Shown here: piece after piece, positions 55,257 through 64,000 of the stretch
How the letters are laid out: each line of letters starts with the position of its first letter
How positions within the stretch are numbered: the first letter of the stretch is position 1
Assembly: GCA_041484665.1 (NCBI GenBank)
Contig: JBGPIA010000001.1
Coordinates: 160,001 to 224,000 of the forward strand
Direction of reading: 5' to 3'
DNA length: 64,000 nucleotides
Source of the DNA: Candidatus Krumholzibacteriia bacterium
GTDB taxonomy: Bacteria; Krumholzibacteriota; Krumholzibacteriia; JAJRXK01
Position numbers and translations under genes: made by a program
Notes under the pieces: model-generated
The model's database searches: none
Seen by the model: only the letters and a program-made list of their open reading frames with translations
Told to the model about the DNA's origin: nothing

Positions 55257-57083
55257 TCAGTTGAGCTTGACCATGGCGCCCTTGACCGAGACCTCCGAGC
55301 CGCCCTGGACCTCCACCTTCATCTTACCGCCCACCTTGGTGTTCATGCCGGAGACCTCCACGTCCGCGTTGGACTGTATGAGGATCTTGCCCTTGGCCTT
55401 CAGGTTGAGCTCGCCCTCGGCCTCCAGGCTGATGTTCTTCTTCGACTTGATGGAGATGTCCTCGTCGGCCTGCACCGTGACTTTTTTCTTCGCCGTGACG
55501 TTGACGTCGCCCTCGGTGGCGATCTCGATCTTGGCCTTGGGGTCGCTCTTGTCGTGTACCAGCGTGATGCGGTTCTTCTTGTCGGGCGTGGTGATCTCGA
55601 TCTTCTCCTCGTCCTTCGTATCGCGGAAGAGGATCTGGTGGCCGCTCTTGGTGAGCAGCACCTTCGCCTCGTTCTTGTCGTAGTCATTCTCGGCGGCCTT
55701 GACGGGCGCCATCTCCGCCGGTCCCCTGCCGTTGTACAGGCTTCCGATCACCACTGGCTGCATCAGATCACCGCCCACGAACGCCACTACCACCTCGTCA
55801 TCGACCTCGGGCAGGAAGTACATGCCCCAGCTCCTGCCGGCGTGGGGCATGGCCACGCGCGCCCAGTTGCTGTCCTGGTCGCCGCTGTCCCCGAGCAGAT
55901 GATGGTACCTGACCTTCACACGTCCGCGCTTCTCGGGGTCCCTGTTGTCGGTGACCACGCCGGCGAACACGTTCGGCTGTTGCGGCCGCTGGAGTGTGCG
56001 CTGCGGATGGGCGATGTCGGTCGGGACGCAGGTGAAGCGATTGCGGTAGCCGCGGCCGTCGCCCTGCAGGGTGTGGCGTACCCGCGTGACGTAGTACTTC
56101 CCCTTCTGGTCTGCGCTCACCCCCGAGATCGTGAGCTCGGTCCCCGGGTCGAGGCCGAGATCGTCGCTCTCCCCCATCCCGACCACCAGGCCGGCGAGCC
56201 AGCCCTCGCGCAGGTGCTGCAACTCTCGGTCGAGCTCGCCGAGATCGCTGGGCGGAAGCGACGGGAGTAGGTGCCCCAGCTTGTTGAAGCTCTGCTGGCT
56301 GCGGTCCTTCGCCTTCACGGCATAGGGATGGCTGGCGCTGTCCGGCGGCTTCGTCTCGCCGAACAGCGGCTTGTGGCTCTTGGCGTCCCAGCCCCGAGCG
56401 GCGAACTTGCCAGGCGCCATGCGCAGCTTCACGCTGAAACGGTGCAGCGCCGCCTCGGTCTCCTCGCCACCCATGGAGAGCTTGGAGCTGCCCGCCTGGA
56501 GGTTCGCCGCGACCTTCAGCTTCTGCCCGTCATACCACGCCCACAGCCCCTCCAGCTGGCACATGCGCCGCAAGAAATCGTAGTCGGTCTCGCCGTGCTG
56601 GAGGACGTATTCGTGCTTGGTCGTGGTGGTCGCGCTGACCTCGCAGAACGCTCCATAGGAAGACGCCAACTGCTTGAGCGCATCCGCGGTGGTCATCTGC
56701 AGCCAGCGGATGTTGCGCGGCACGCCGTCCATCAGGATGGTCTGGGAGGCGCCCCGCAGCGTCACGGAGTAGGCGCCCGTGAGCAGACGCTGGTGGCGCA
56801 CTTCGGTGACGATGCCCTTGAACTTGATGCCCTGCTCCGCGGTCTTGCCCTGCCAGGCGGCCTCGATCTCCAGCGGCTGGCCCAGTGCGTCGTAGAGGCC
56901 ATCGAGCGGCTCGCTGCCGCCGCCCACCAGGTCGCCGGCGTCGGCGGCCAGGCTCAAGCACTCCACGCTGAAGGTGTGGTGCCCCCACAGTGGCTGGTCG
57001 AGGACGATGCTGCCGCAGCGGATCTTCTTGCTGGCGAGGTCGGTCCCCGACAGCTTCACGGACACCTTGGTGGCGAACGCCAT
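55257..57083 (-). CDS. vgrG: T6SS spike VgrG (gp27 + gp5 OB-fold + beta-helix), no effector extension
   Basis: YVLQHGETDYDFLRR, VTDNRDPEKRGRVKV, FLPEVDDEVVVAFVGGD, TKSGHQI, ends VKGAMVKLN. Confidence 0.92.
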   Translation of the reverse strand: MAFATKVSVKLSGTDLASKKIRCGSIVLDQPLWGHHTFSVECLSLAADAGDLVGGGSEPLDGLYDALGQPLEIEAAWQGKTAEQGIKFKGIVTEVRHQRLLTGAYSVTLRGASQTILMDGVPRNIRWLQMTTADALKQLASSYGAFCEVSATTTTKHEYVLQHGETDYDFLRRMCQLEGLWAWYDGQKLKVAANLQAGSSKLSMGGEETEAALHRFSVKLRMAPGKFAARGWDAKSHKPLFGETKPPDSASHPYAVKAKDRSQQSFNKLGHLLPSLPPSDLGELDRELQHLREGWLAGLVVGMGESDDLGLDPGTELTISGVSADQKGKYYVTRVRHTLQGDGRGYRNRFTCVPTDIAHPQRTLQRPQQPNVFAGVVTDNRDPEKRGRVKVRYHHLLGDSGDQDSNWARVAMPHAGRSWGMYFLPEVDDEVVVAFVGGDLMQPVVIGSLYNGRGPAEMAPVKAAENDYDKNEAKVLLTKSGHQILFRDTKDEEKIEITTPDKKNRITLVHDKSDPKAKIEIATEGDVNVTAKKKVTVQADEDISIKSKKNISLEAEGELNLKAKGKILIQSNADVEVSGMNTKVGGKMKVEVQGGSEVSVKGAMVKLN

Positions 57084-57174
57084 CGCGGCCTCTTGCAGGG
57101 CGGAAGGATGCCGGAGGCGGCCGCGAAGGGAAGGCTGCGGCCGCCCCGCTGGTTCGGCGCTGTGTCAGGAGGAC

Positions 57175-57606
57175 CTACATCAGCTCGGCGCCCCACGTGC
57201 TGTTGGGATCGCCCCACTGCACGCCATTGATCGTCAAGGATGGCGCGGAGACGAAGAAGATCTCGGTCTGCGGCGCCTCGCGGGCCTGGTTGACGTGGGG
57301 AACGACCTCCTCGTAGCTCTCGATGAACCCGTTCTTCCACTCCAGGGTCTTGAGGACCTTGTTCTCCTTGCGGGGATCGAGGAACTCGATCTTGCCCGCC
57401 TTGAAGTACTCCTGGTGGGGCTTGATGGCCCAGGTCCAGTAGTCGGTGGCCTCATCGGAGCGGCGGGTGATCTTGATGGAGGCCAGGCGCGGCCGGCTGT
57501 CCACCGGGGCGCCGTTGGTGTCCTTGCCGACGTCGAGTCCGTACTCCACGTCCAGCACGTTGGGGACGGCATTGCCGTCGATCGAAACACGGAACTGCTT
57601 GGCCAT
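57175..57606 (-). CDS. tssD: T6SS tube protein TssD/Hcp (Bacteroidota-type), copy 2
   Basis: VLDVEYG...DTNGAP...GKIEF...LKTLEWKNGFIESYEE. Confidence 0.8.
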   Translation of the reverse strand: MAKQFRVSIDGNAVPNVLDVEYGLDVGKDTNGAPVDSRPRLASIKITRRSDEATDYWTWAIKPHQEYFKAGKIEFLDPRKENKVLKTLEWKNGFIESYEEVVPHVNQAREAPQTEIFFVSAPSLTINGVQWGDPNSTWGAELM

Positions 57607-57724
57607 GACCTCTCCTTGCGGGGGGGCGCGTTGATCTGCAAGCGGCTCTGCGGGCAGCCCCAGGGCAGGGGCGCCGGCTGCCGTGCGGCCTCACGGACTC
57701 ATGGACTGCCGTCGAACCAGCGGA

Positions 57725-58120
57725 CTACTTGTTCTTCCAGTCGAAATTGTGCTCCTCGCCCTCGACGCTGATGATCTCGGGCTCGATGATGAACATCTCC
57801 TCCACGTGGTCCCCCGTGTCGGAGTACTCCACGCTGTACTGGCGGACGTACGCCTTCTTGAACTCCAGCGCCTTCATCTTGAGACCATTGGCGTCCACGA
57901 ACGTGATCTTGCCGGCCTTGCGGTTGGCATCGTTGGCGTCGGCCGCCCACTCGGCGATGTCCACCACCTCGTCGGCCACGCGCCGTACGAGGATGCCGTC
58001 GCACAGCACCTGACGGGTCGGGGCGCCGTCGCGGTCCTTGGCGGCCCGCACGCCGTAGCGCACCTCCAGGATGTTCTTCATCTCGTTTCCGTCGATCTCG
58101 ACCTTGGGTTGCCGGGCCAT
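57725..58120 (-). CDS. tssD: T6SS tube protein TssD/Hcp (Bacteroidota-type), copy 1
   Basis: ILEVRYG...DRDGAP...GKITF...MKALEFKKAYVRQYSVEY; AGGAGG RBS. Confidence 0.8.
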   Translation of the reverse strand: MARQPKVEIDGNEMKNILEVRYGVRAAKDRDGAPTRQVLCDGILVRRVADEVVDIAEWAADANDANRKAGKITFVDANGLKMKALEFKKAYVRQYSVEYSDTGDHVEEMFIIEPEIISVEGEEHNFDWKNK

Positions 58121-58188
58121 CACTCCTCCTTACATTTGGGCTTGCCCCGGCCTCACTGGACGAGCGGCCTCGTCCACAGGGACCGATC

Positions 58189-59628
58189 TCACGCGGACGC
58201 GACCGAGACGTCGTTGTTGCCGGCCGGATCCTCCTTCACCAGCACATTGAAGGAGTGGACCGACTGTTTGAAACCGAGCTTGAGCTGCACGTCCACCTCG
58301 TGGCGAGCGCGCTGCTCCGGCGTCGCGCGCACCTCGACCTCGGCCGAGTCGAGCGGTTTGGTGTCGCCGACGCACTCGTTGAGGAACTTGCGCAGGTCCT
58401 TCTGGATGGCGGCCAGCGTCTGGTTCGTGATGTTCTTGAACGCCTGCTTGTTGAGGTAGTGGCAGACGTTCTTCACGATCCAGTCCTCGGTGCGGATGCG
58501 GGAGTAGGTGTCCAGCCCCTCCTTGGCGGAGAGGTTCCAGTCGCCCAGCACGCGCACCTTGCCGTCCCAAAAGGCCGTGGGGATGATCCCCAGCTGCTTC
58601 ATCTTGGCCACCTTGTCACGGTCCAGGCGGAAGCGGTCCTTCTGCGGGCCCTGGATGCCGCCCTTCACGTACCCCGCGGCCGACTCGTGGGTTCCCATGG
58701 TGTCGTCGCAGGAGTAGATCAGGCCGGCCAGGTGGGCCGAGGGCGAGACGTAGAGGTCATCGTCCTCGAACTCGTGGCGAGCCCGCCCCATCAGATGGTT
58801 GCCCACCAGCGAGACGTACTGGCGCTCGGGAGTGCTCCCCTTGAGCCCCTCGTAGCCGGTCTCCATCACATCCACCATCGAGTCGTAAGTCTCGTAGTCC
58901 TCCACGTCGGCGAAGACCTGCACCTTGTACATCTCCCCCAGCTTGCCCAGGCGCTCCACTTCCTGGATGCCGCCCGGCCAGTTGGGGACGACCATGGTGG
59001 AATAGACGTTCTTGAGGCTGAAGAACTTGTACTCGCTGCGCAAGGTGTCGGCCAGCGAGTCGAACACCGTACGATCGTCGGAGTCCATGAGCTGCTCGGC
59101 CGTGGCGTTGAAGAACCAGGCGTCGACCGCCTTGCCCGGCTCGGTCTGCGCGTTCGAGAAGAAGCCGTCGATGGCCCGGTAGGCCTTCTCGATGGGCCGG
59201 ACCTGCTCGAAGACGCTGCGCAGGTTCTCGTTGAGCAGCTCGGTGAGCTGCTCCACGCGCTCGCCGGCCTTCTCCTGCACCTCGTCGAGGTCCTCACCGG
59301 CCTCGATGGCCTTGATCCAGGCCGCCAGGCGCTGCTGCAGCAGCTTACGCGGCTGCTCCCAGGTGCTCTTCTCGAGGAAGTCCTTGTACTGCGACTTCTT
59401 CGCGGGGTCCACCAGGCTGAGCGCCGGCAGGTTCACGCCGTCGGACACCGCCTTGGGCATCATCTTGCCCAGCCAGGTCATGGCCTTCTTGGCGTCACCC
59501 AGCCCCAGGCCCGACAACGATGCGGAGTACTCTTCGGCCGTTTGCGCCTCCCCGGCGGGAACTGCGGGCTCGGCGTGGACGGGCTCGGGAGCCTGGGGTT
59601 GCTGTTGCTGGTTCAGCTCATCGGTCAT
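58189..59628 (-). CDS. tssC: T6SS sheath large subunit TssC (DUF5458-like, T6SS-iii type)
   Basis: RPIEKAYRAIDGFFSN, YSTMVVP, NHLMGR, LYVSPSAHLAG, YSRIRTEDWI, YLNKQAF. Confidence 0.88.
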   Translation of the reverse strand: MTDELNQQQQPQAPEPVHAEPAVPAGEAQTAEEYSASLSGLGLGDAKKAMTWLGKMMPKAVSDGVNLPALSLVDPAKKSQYKDFLEKSTWEQPRKLLQQRLAAWIKAIEAGEDLDEVQEKAGERVEQLTELLNENLRSVFEQVRPIEKAYRAIDGFFSNAQTEPGKAVDAWFFNATAEQLMDSDDRTVFDSLADTLRSEYKFFSLKNVYSTMVVPNWPGGIQEVERLGKLGEMYKVQVFADVEDYETYDSMVDVMETGYEGLKGSTPERQYVSLVGNHLMGRARHEFEDDDLYVSPSAHLAGLIYSCDDTMGTHESAAGYVKGGIQGPQKDRFRLDRDKVAKMKQLGIIPTAFWDGKVRVLGDWNLSAKEGLDTYSRIRTEDWIVKNVCHYLNKQAFKNITNQTLAAIQKDLRKFLNECVGDTKPLDSAEVEVRATPEQRARHEVDVQLKLGFKQSVHSFNVLVKEDPAGNNDVSVASA

Positions 59629-59642
59629 GTTCGCGCGCCTCC

Positions 59643-60092
59643 CTATGCCTCGCCGCCGAGAGCGGACAACGTGGCCTTGAAACCGTTGAGCAGCTGCTCG
59701 CGCTGCTTGGGATCGCTGAGGGCCTTGCGCAAGGTCGCGTTGGTTTTCATGGCCTTGAGGAACTCGGCCAGGATCAGCTTCTCGTTCTTCACGGCCGTGA
59801 GTCGCTCGCTCTGGGCCACCACTGAGTCGACGCTGAAGTCCTTGATGGCGTTGAAGCGGAACTCCGACGACTCGGTCTCACCCTGGTCGTTCTTCACCTC
59901 CGCCTCCACCCGCGGCTGGTAGGTCCCGAAGACGTCAACGATCGACTTGCATTGGGTCAGGGTCGGCTCGGCCCCAGCGTTCTCGTTGAGCGGAGCCACG
60001 AACACCGTGCGGTTGCTATCGAGGATCTCGACTGCCATCGATTGGTCGATCTCCTTGATGTGGTCCGCGAACATATGCTTCAGCTTCGCCAT
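59643..60092 (-). CDS. tssB: T6SS sheath small subunit TssB (T6SS-iii type)
   Basis: 149 aa; NRTVFVAPL, VFGTYQPRVEAE, FNAIKDF, QSERL, KTNATLRKAL; true start at 60092, not 61256. Confidence 0.85.
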   Translation of the reverse strand: MAKLKHMFADHIKEIDQSMAVEILDSNRTVFVAPLNENAGAEPTLTQCKSIVDVFGTYQPRVEAEVKNDQGETESSEFRFNAIKDFSVDSVVAQSERLTAVKNEKLILAEFLKAMKTNATLRKALSDPKQREQLLNGFKATLSALGGEA

Positions 60093-60401
60093 CGTTCCCA
60101 CATCCTCCGGGATCTGAGGGGAAGGACGCCGCGAGGGCAGCGGCGTCCGGGCGTTCGCAGGCATCATACCACCGGGCGAAAAGGACCGCCTAGGAACAAA
60201 AGTCGTTGTCCGCGCGGCGGTTGCCCAATGGCATCGCCAAGGGAACAGACTGCGGAACCCGGCAGCCGCGCCGGGGGGACCGGTGCCGGATCGCCAGAAT
60301 TTGCGACAAGCGCGCGGGGGGAGCCGAGTCTTTGACAGCGTCTCGCGAGCGCACCTAAAATCCGACCGTCCCGCACCGACCCCGCACAGGAGGCCGCCCC
60401 C

Positions 60402-62849
60402 ATGAGCACCCGCCGCTGGAAGCCCGAGGTCACCGAGGCCCTCACGCGCGCGTCCCAGATCGCCAAGGAGCGCGGGCACGCCACGGTCGGTCCGCTGCAC
60501 CTCTTCTACGCGTTGCTGGTACCCGATGCAGGTGGGGCCGCGCTGATCCTGCGCTCCATGGGGCGCGAGGTGGCGCACGTGCGCGATCGCCTCGACGCCG
60601 CGCTGGACGCCGTGGAAAAACCGCCGCGCCCGGTCTACGAGCCCAAGCCCGACAAGGCCTTCCAGGCGGCGATCGACCTGGCCGAGACCGAGCGCAAGGT
60701 GCTCGAGGAGGAGGAGCTCAACGAGGGACACCTGCTGATCGCGTTGACCAGCGTCGACGGCGGGCTGGACAGGGAGCTGCGCAAGGAGCTGGGGATCAAG
60801 CGCGGACAGATCGTCGACGCGCTGCGCGATGTGGGGAAGGCCAAGGCGCTCGCTTCCGCCGGCGGCCCGCCGGAAGCCGCGCTCACCGGCAGCATGATGC
60901 AGTTCTGCACCGACCTGACCGGCGAGGCGCGCAGCGGCGAGCTCGATCCCGTCATCGGCCGCGAGCGCGAGACCGCCCAGTTGGTGGAGGTGCTGGGGCG
61001 CCGGCGCAAGAACAACGCCGTGCTGGTGGGCGAGCCCGGCGTGGGGAAAACGGCCATCGTCGAGGGGCTGGCCATGGCCATCGCCAAGGGGCACGTGCCC
61101 AGCGTGCTGGCCAATACGCGGGTGCTGGTGCTGGATCTGGCGGCGATGGTGGCCGGCGCCAAGTACAAGGGCGAGTTCGAGGAGCGCTTCAAGAAGCTGA
61201 TCAAGGAGCTCGAGGGCACCGCCGGCCAGGGCCTGCTGTTCGTCGACGAGCTGCACACGTTGCTGAGCGCGGGCGGCGGCGGCGGCGGCATGGACGCGGC
61301 CAACCTGCTCAAGCCCGCGCTTGCCCGCGGGACGCTGCGCATGATCGGGGCTACGACCATCGGAGAGTACCGTAAGTACATCGAGAAGGACGCGGCCTTC
61401 GCCCGCCGCTTCGTGCGCATCGACGTCGCCGAGCCTGACGAGCCCATCTGCTTACGAATCCTCAAGGGCGTGCGCCCCAAGTATGAGGAGCACCACAAGG
61501 TCAAGATCGCCGACGACGCGCTGGAGGCTGCGGTGACCCTCTCCAAGCGCTACCTGCCCGACCGCTTCCTGCCCGATAAGGCCGTGGATCTGCTGGATGA
61601 GTGCGCATCCAACATGAAGATCTTCACCGAGCGGCTGGCGATGTTGCGCGAGCGCGGCAAGGAGATCGACGATCTGAAGGACGATGACGCGTCGGCGCCC
61701 GCGCTGGAGAACTGGGCCGGGGTGCTCGAGACCCTTGCCGACGGGCTCAAGGCCCGCGGCCTGGAGGCCGCCTTCGACCTGGGCGACCGGGGTAAGGCGG
61801 CGCTGGCCGGTGCGCGCGGCGCCGTGCTCGACGCCGCGGCGAACGTCCCGTCCCATGTTGACTCGGGCCAGGTCGGCGCACGCGTCAGCCTGCGCACCGG
61901 CATCCCCGTCAGCAAGATGATGGGCAAGGAGCGCGAGCGCCTGGCCAACATCGAGCAGTACCTGCACGAGCGGCTGATTGGGCAGCACGACGCGGTGCGC
62001 TCGGTCGCCAATGCGGTGCGCAAGGGGCGCGCCGGGCTCAAGCGCCCCAACCTCCCGGTGGGCAGTTTCCTGTTCCTGGGGCCTACCGGCACGGGCAAGA
62101 CCGAGTTGGCCAAGACCCTGGCGGAGTTCCTGTTCGCGGACGAGAAGGCGATGATCCGCTTCGACATGAGCGAGTTCCAGCAGGAGCACACCGTGCAGCG
62201 CATGATCGGCGCCCCTCCCGGCTACGTCGGCTACGAGGAGGGCGGCCAGCTTACCGAGGCCGTGCGCCGCAAGCCGTACTGCGTGCTGCTCTTCGACGAG
62301 ATCGAGAAGGCCAACAAGCGCGTCTTCGACATCTTCCTGCAAGTGCTCGACGACGGCCGGCTGACCGACGGCCAGAGCCGTACGGTGGACTTCTCCAACA
62401 CCGTGGTGATCATGACCAGCAACATGGGCGGTCTTTGGATCGCGGAGCAAGACACCGCAGGCAAGCCCATCGACCCCACGTACCTTCGGAACATGCTCAT
62501 CGACGAGGGGCGCGGGCTGCGGCCGGAGTTCGTGAACCGCTTCGACGAGTTCGTGATCTTCCACAGCCTCAAGCACGAGGAGGTCCGCCAGATCCTCGAG
62601 CTGCAGCTGAAGGGGCTGCGCAAGATGCTCAAGGCGCAGGGGCTCTCGCTTTCGGTCAGCGATCCTGCCATGACGAAGCTGGCGCAGTGGAGCTACGACC
62701 CGGCGATGGGCGCCCGCCCGGTGCGCCGCACGATCGACCAACGCATCATCAATCCGCTGTCCGAGAAGATCGTCAGCGCCCCCGAGACAGCGGGCAAGAC
62801 CGTCCAGGTCGATGTGGCGGGCGACGAGCTCGCGATCTCGGTCGTCTAA
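60402..62849 (+). CDS. tssH: ClpV/TssH AAA+ ATPase
   Basis: Clp N-domain, GEPGVGKT and GPTGTGKT Walker A motifs, short middle linker, divergent from tssB. Confidence 0.8.
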   Translation: MSTRRWKPEVTEALTRASQIAKERGHATVGPLHLFYALLVPDAGGAALILRSMGREVAHVRDRLDAALDAVEKPPRPVYEPKPDKAFQAAIDLAETERKVLEEEELNEGHLLIALTSVDGGLDRELRKELGIKRGQIVDALRDVGKAKALASAGGPPEAALTGSMMQFCTDLTGEARSGELDPVIGRERETAQLVEVLGRRRKNNAVLVGEPGVGKTAIVEGLAMAIAKGHVPSVLANTRVLVLDLAAMVAGAKYKGEFEERFKKLIKELEGTAGQGLLFVDELHTLLSAGGGGGGMDAANLLKPALARGTLRMIGATTIGEYRKYIEKDAAFARRFVRIDVAEPDEPICLRILKGVRPKYEEHHKVKIADDALEAAVTLSKRYLPDRFLPDKAVDLLDECASNMKIFTERLAMLRERGKEIDDLKDDDASAPALENWAGVLETLADGLKARGLEAAFDLGDRGKAALAGARGAVLDAAANVPSHVDSGQVGARVSLRTGIPVSKMMGKERERLANIEQYLHERLIGQHDAVRSVANAVRKGRAGLKRPNLPVGSFLFLGPTGTGKTELAKTLAEFLFADEKAMIRFDMSEFQQEHTVQRMIGAPPGYVGYEEGGQLTEAVRRKPYCVLLFDEIEKANKRVFDIFLQVLDDGRLTDGQSRTVDFSNTVVIMTSNMGGLWIAEQDTAGKPIDPTYLRNMLIDEGRGLRPEFVNRFDEFVIFHSLKHEEVRQILELQLKGLRKMLKAQGLSLSVSDPAMTKLAQWSYDPAMGARPVRRTIDQRIINPLSEKIVSAPETAGKTVQVDVAGDELAISVV

Positions 62850-63061
62850 AGCTCGTGCCACTTGCCGGCGAAGTCTCGGCGGCGATGGTCTGGGTCGCTC
62901 GCGGTTCCACGCGTCTGTGAGCCTGCCGCGTGGCGCGAATGTGACAAAACTGTTGCGTCGCGCGCTCTGCGTCCGCTGGCTACAGCCGCCCGGAGCCGGT
63001 ACCTTCTCCGCCATCCCCCTTCTCCCCGATCCCCCTGCTACGTCCATGGGAGGTCCCCAGA

Positions 63062-63526
63062 GTGTCCAAGACCAAAATCACGGCCATCGCCCTCTGCGGC
63101 GTCCTGATCGTTGCTACAGCGTCGCCGGCGCTGTTGGCGGCCGAGCCGCCGGCTCAGCCCACTGCCCAGAAGATGGAAAGCGAGGCGAAGAAGGCGGCCG
63201 AGACCCCGGCACCCAAGGACATGTCCGTCGTCGGCGAGGTCGTCGACATGGGTTGCTACATGGCGCACCCCGCGACGGGCAAGGGCCCGGGGCACAAGGA
63301 GTGCGCGATGGCGTGTGTCAAGGGTGGCATGCCCATTGGTCTCCTGACGGATGACGGCAAGCTCTTCGTGCTGCTGCCCCCGCACGAGGGCACGGAGGGC
63401 TACGTCAAGTTGCACGAGCTGGTCGCCGAGCGCGTGACCGTGAACGGAACGGTGATGATGTCCGCGGGCGTCAACGCCATCACCGTCAAGTCGGCGGAGA
63501 AGGCTCCGGCGGCCACCAAGAGCTGA
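63062..63526 (+). CDS. Exported Cys-motif protein, unknown function (possible OB-like fold)
   Basis: GGAGG RBS, signal peptide, GEVVDMGCY...HKECAMACVKGG. Confidence 0.7.
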   Translation: MSKTKITAIALCGVLIVATASPALLAAEPPAQPTAQKMESEAKKAAETPAPKDMSVVGEVVDMGCYMAHPATGKGPGHKECAMACVKGGMPIGLLTDDGKLFVLLPPHEGTEGYVKLHELVAERVTVNGTVMMSAGVNAITVKSAEKAPAATKS

Positions 63527-64000
63527 TGCGGGCGCGCCGACGCGCGACCTTCGTCATGATCCTCGGCGCCGTTCTCCTGCTGGAGAACGGCGCCCTGGCG
63601 GTGTGGCTGGGTGCGCGCCACTTCCGCACGCCGCAGAGCGCTCCGCTCGAGCGCGGCCGCCGCGTGGCCGAGCGCCTTGGCTGCTTCACCTGCCACGGTC
63701 CCGACGGCGGGCGCGGGGTCCCCAATCCAGGCAGCCGCTCCGGCAACGTCCCCGTGTGGCGCGGCGGAACGCTCATGATGTTCGCGGAAAGCGACGCTGA
63801 GATCTCGGAGTGGATCCTCGATGGAGCGCCGCGCCGACTGCGCGCCCAGCCGGACTTTGCGCATGAGCGCGCGCAGGCGCTGCTGGCGATGCCTGCGTTC
63901 CGTGGCAAAGTGGAAGGGCGCGACTTCGAGGACTTGCTGGCCTTTTTCCGCGCGGTGGCTGCGGCCGACCCGGTGGATGATGTCACGGCAGCGCGCGGCC
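63526..64000 (+). CDS. Membrane-anchored c-type cytochrome (3'-truncated by window edge)
   Basis: ATG at 63526 overlaps upstream TGA; N-terminal TM; CFTCH heme motif; distal MPAF. Confidence 0.8.
   Translation, partial: MRARRRATFVMILGAVLLLENGALAVWLGARHFRTPQSAPLERGRRVAERLGCFTCHGPDGGRGVPNPGSRSGNVPVWRGGTLMMFAESDAEISEWILDGAPRRLRAQPDFAHERAQALLAMPAFRGKVEGRDFEDLLAFFRAVAAADPVDDVTAARG

Noticed and set aside
60093..61256. Long N-terminal extension of TssB in the ORF track
   Set aside because: Antisense to clpV; TssB similarity begins at the ATG at 60092
52132..62849. Extracellular contractile injection system (Afp/PVC) or prophage tail
   Set aside because: Split TssB/TssC sheath, TssK and a two-ring Clp ATPase are present; no tape measure, tail fibre, capsid or Afp15-type ATPase seen
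60402..62849. Housekeeping ClpB
   Set aside because: Lacks the long coiled-coil middle domain and is divergently paired with tssB; ClpV is more likely, though not proven

Overview
High-GC (visually ~70%) bacterial DNA. Three secreted proteins end in a 'QNxPNPFNPxTxIxF...WxGxD...SGxY' FlgD-Ig/T9SS-type-A-like domain, pointing to an FCB-group lineage, probably not a typical low-GC Bacteroidota (inference). The left half (1-33.9 kb) holds a decayed IS with 25-bp inverted repeats, housekeeping enzymes and large secreted proteins. It also has a four-gene operon (MBOAT-SGNH fusion, carrier protein, stand-alone proline-type adenylation enzyme, acyl-CoA-type dehydrogenase) that looks like a pyrrole-2-carbonyl transfer system built on Dlt/Alg-like logic. 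The right half (33.9-62.8 kb) is a type VI secretion locus whose tail and baseplate (TssB, TssC, two TssD, VgrG, TssE, F, G, K, ClpV) are of Bacteroidota T6SS-iii type. I cannot recognise either known membrane complex (TssJLM or TssNOPQR). Instead tssK is followed by a C-terminally anchored protein, a membrane-anchored TRAFAC 'double-GTPase' protein, a membrane-anchored GAP1-N2 protein, a VirB10-like mini-protein, a PEGA-like protein and TPR/CsgG-like proteins; a cassette of two outer-membrane barrels sits between tssK and tssG. This candidate new T6SS subtype is the main finding. All family calls are motif recognition by eye, not database searches.
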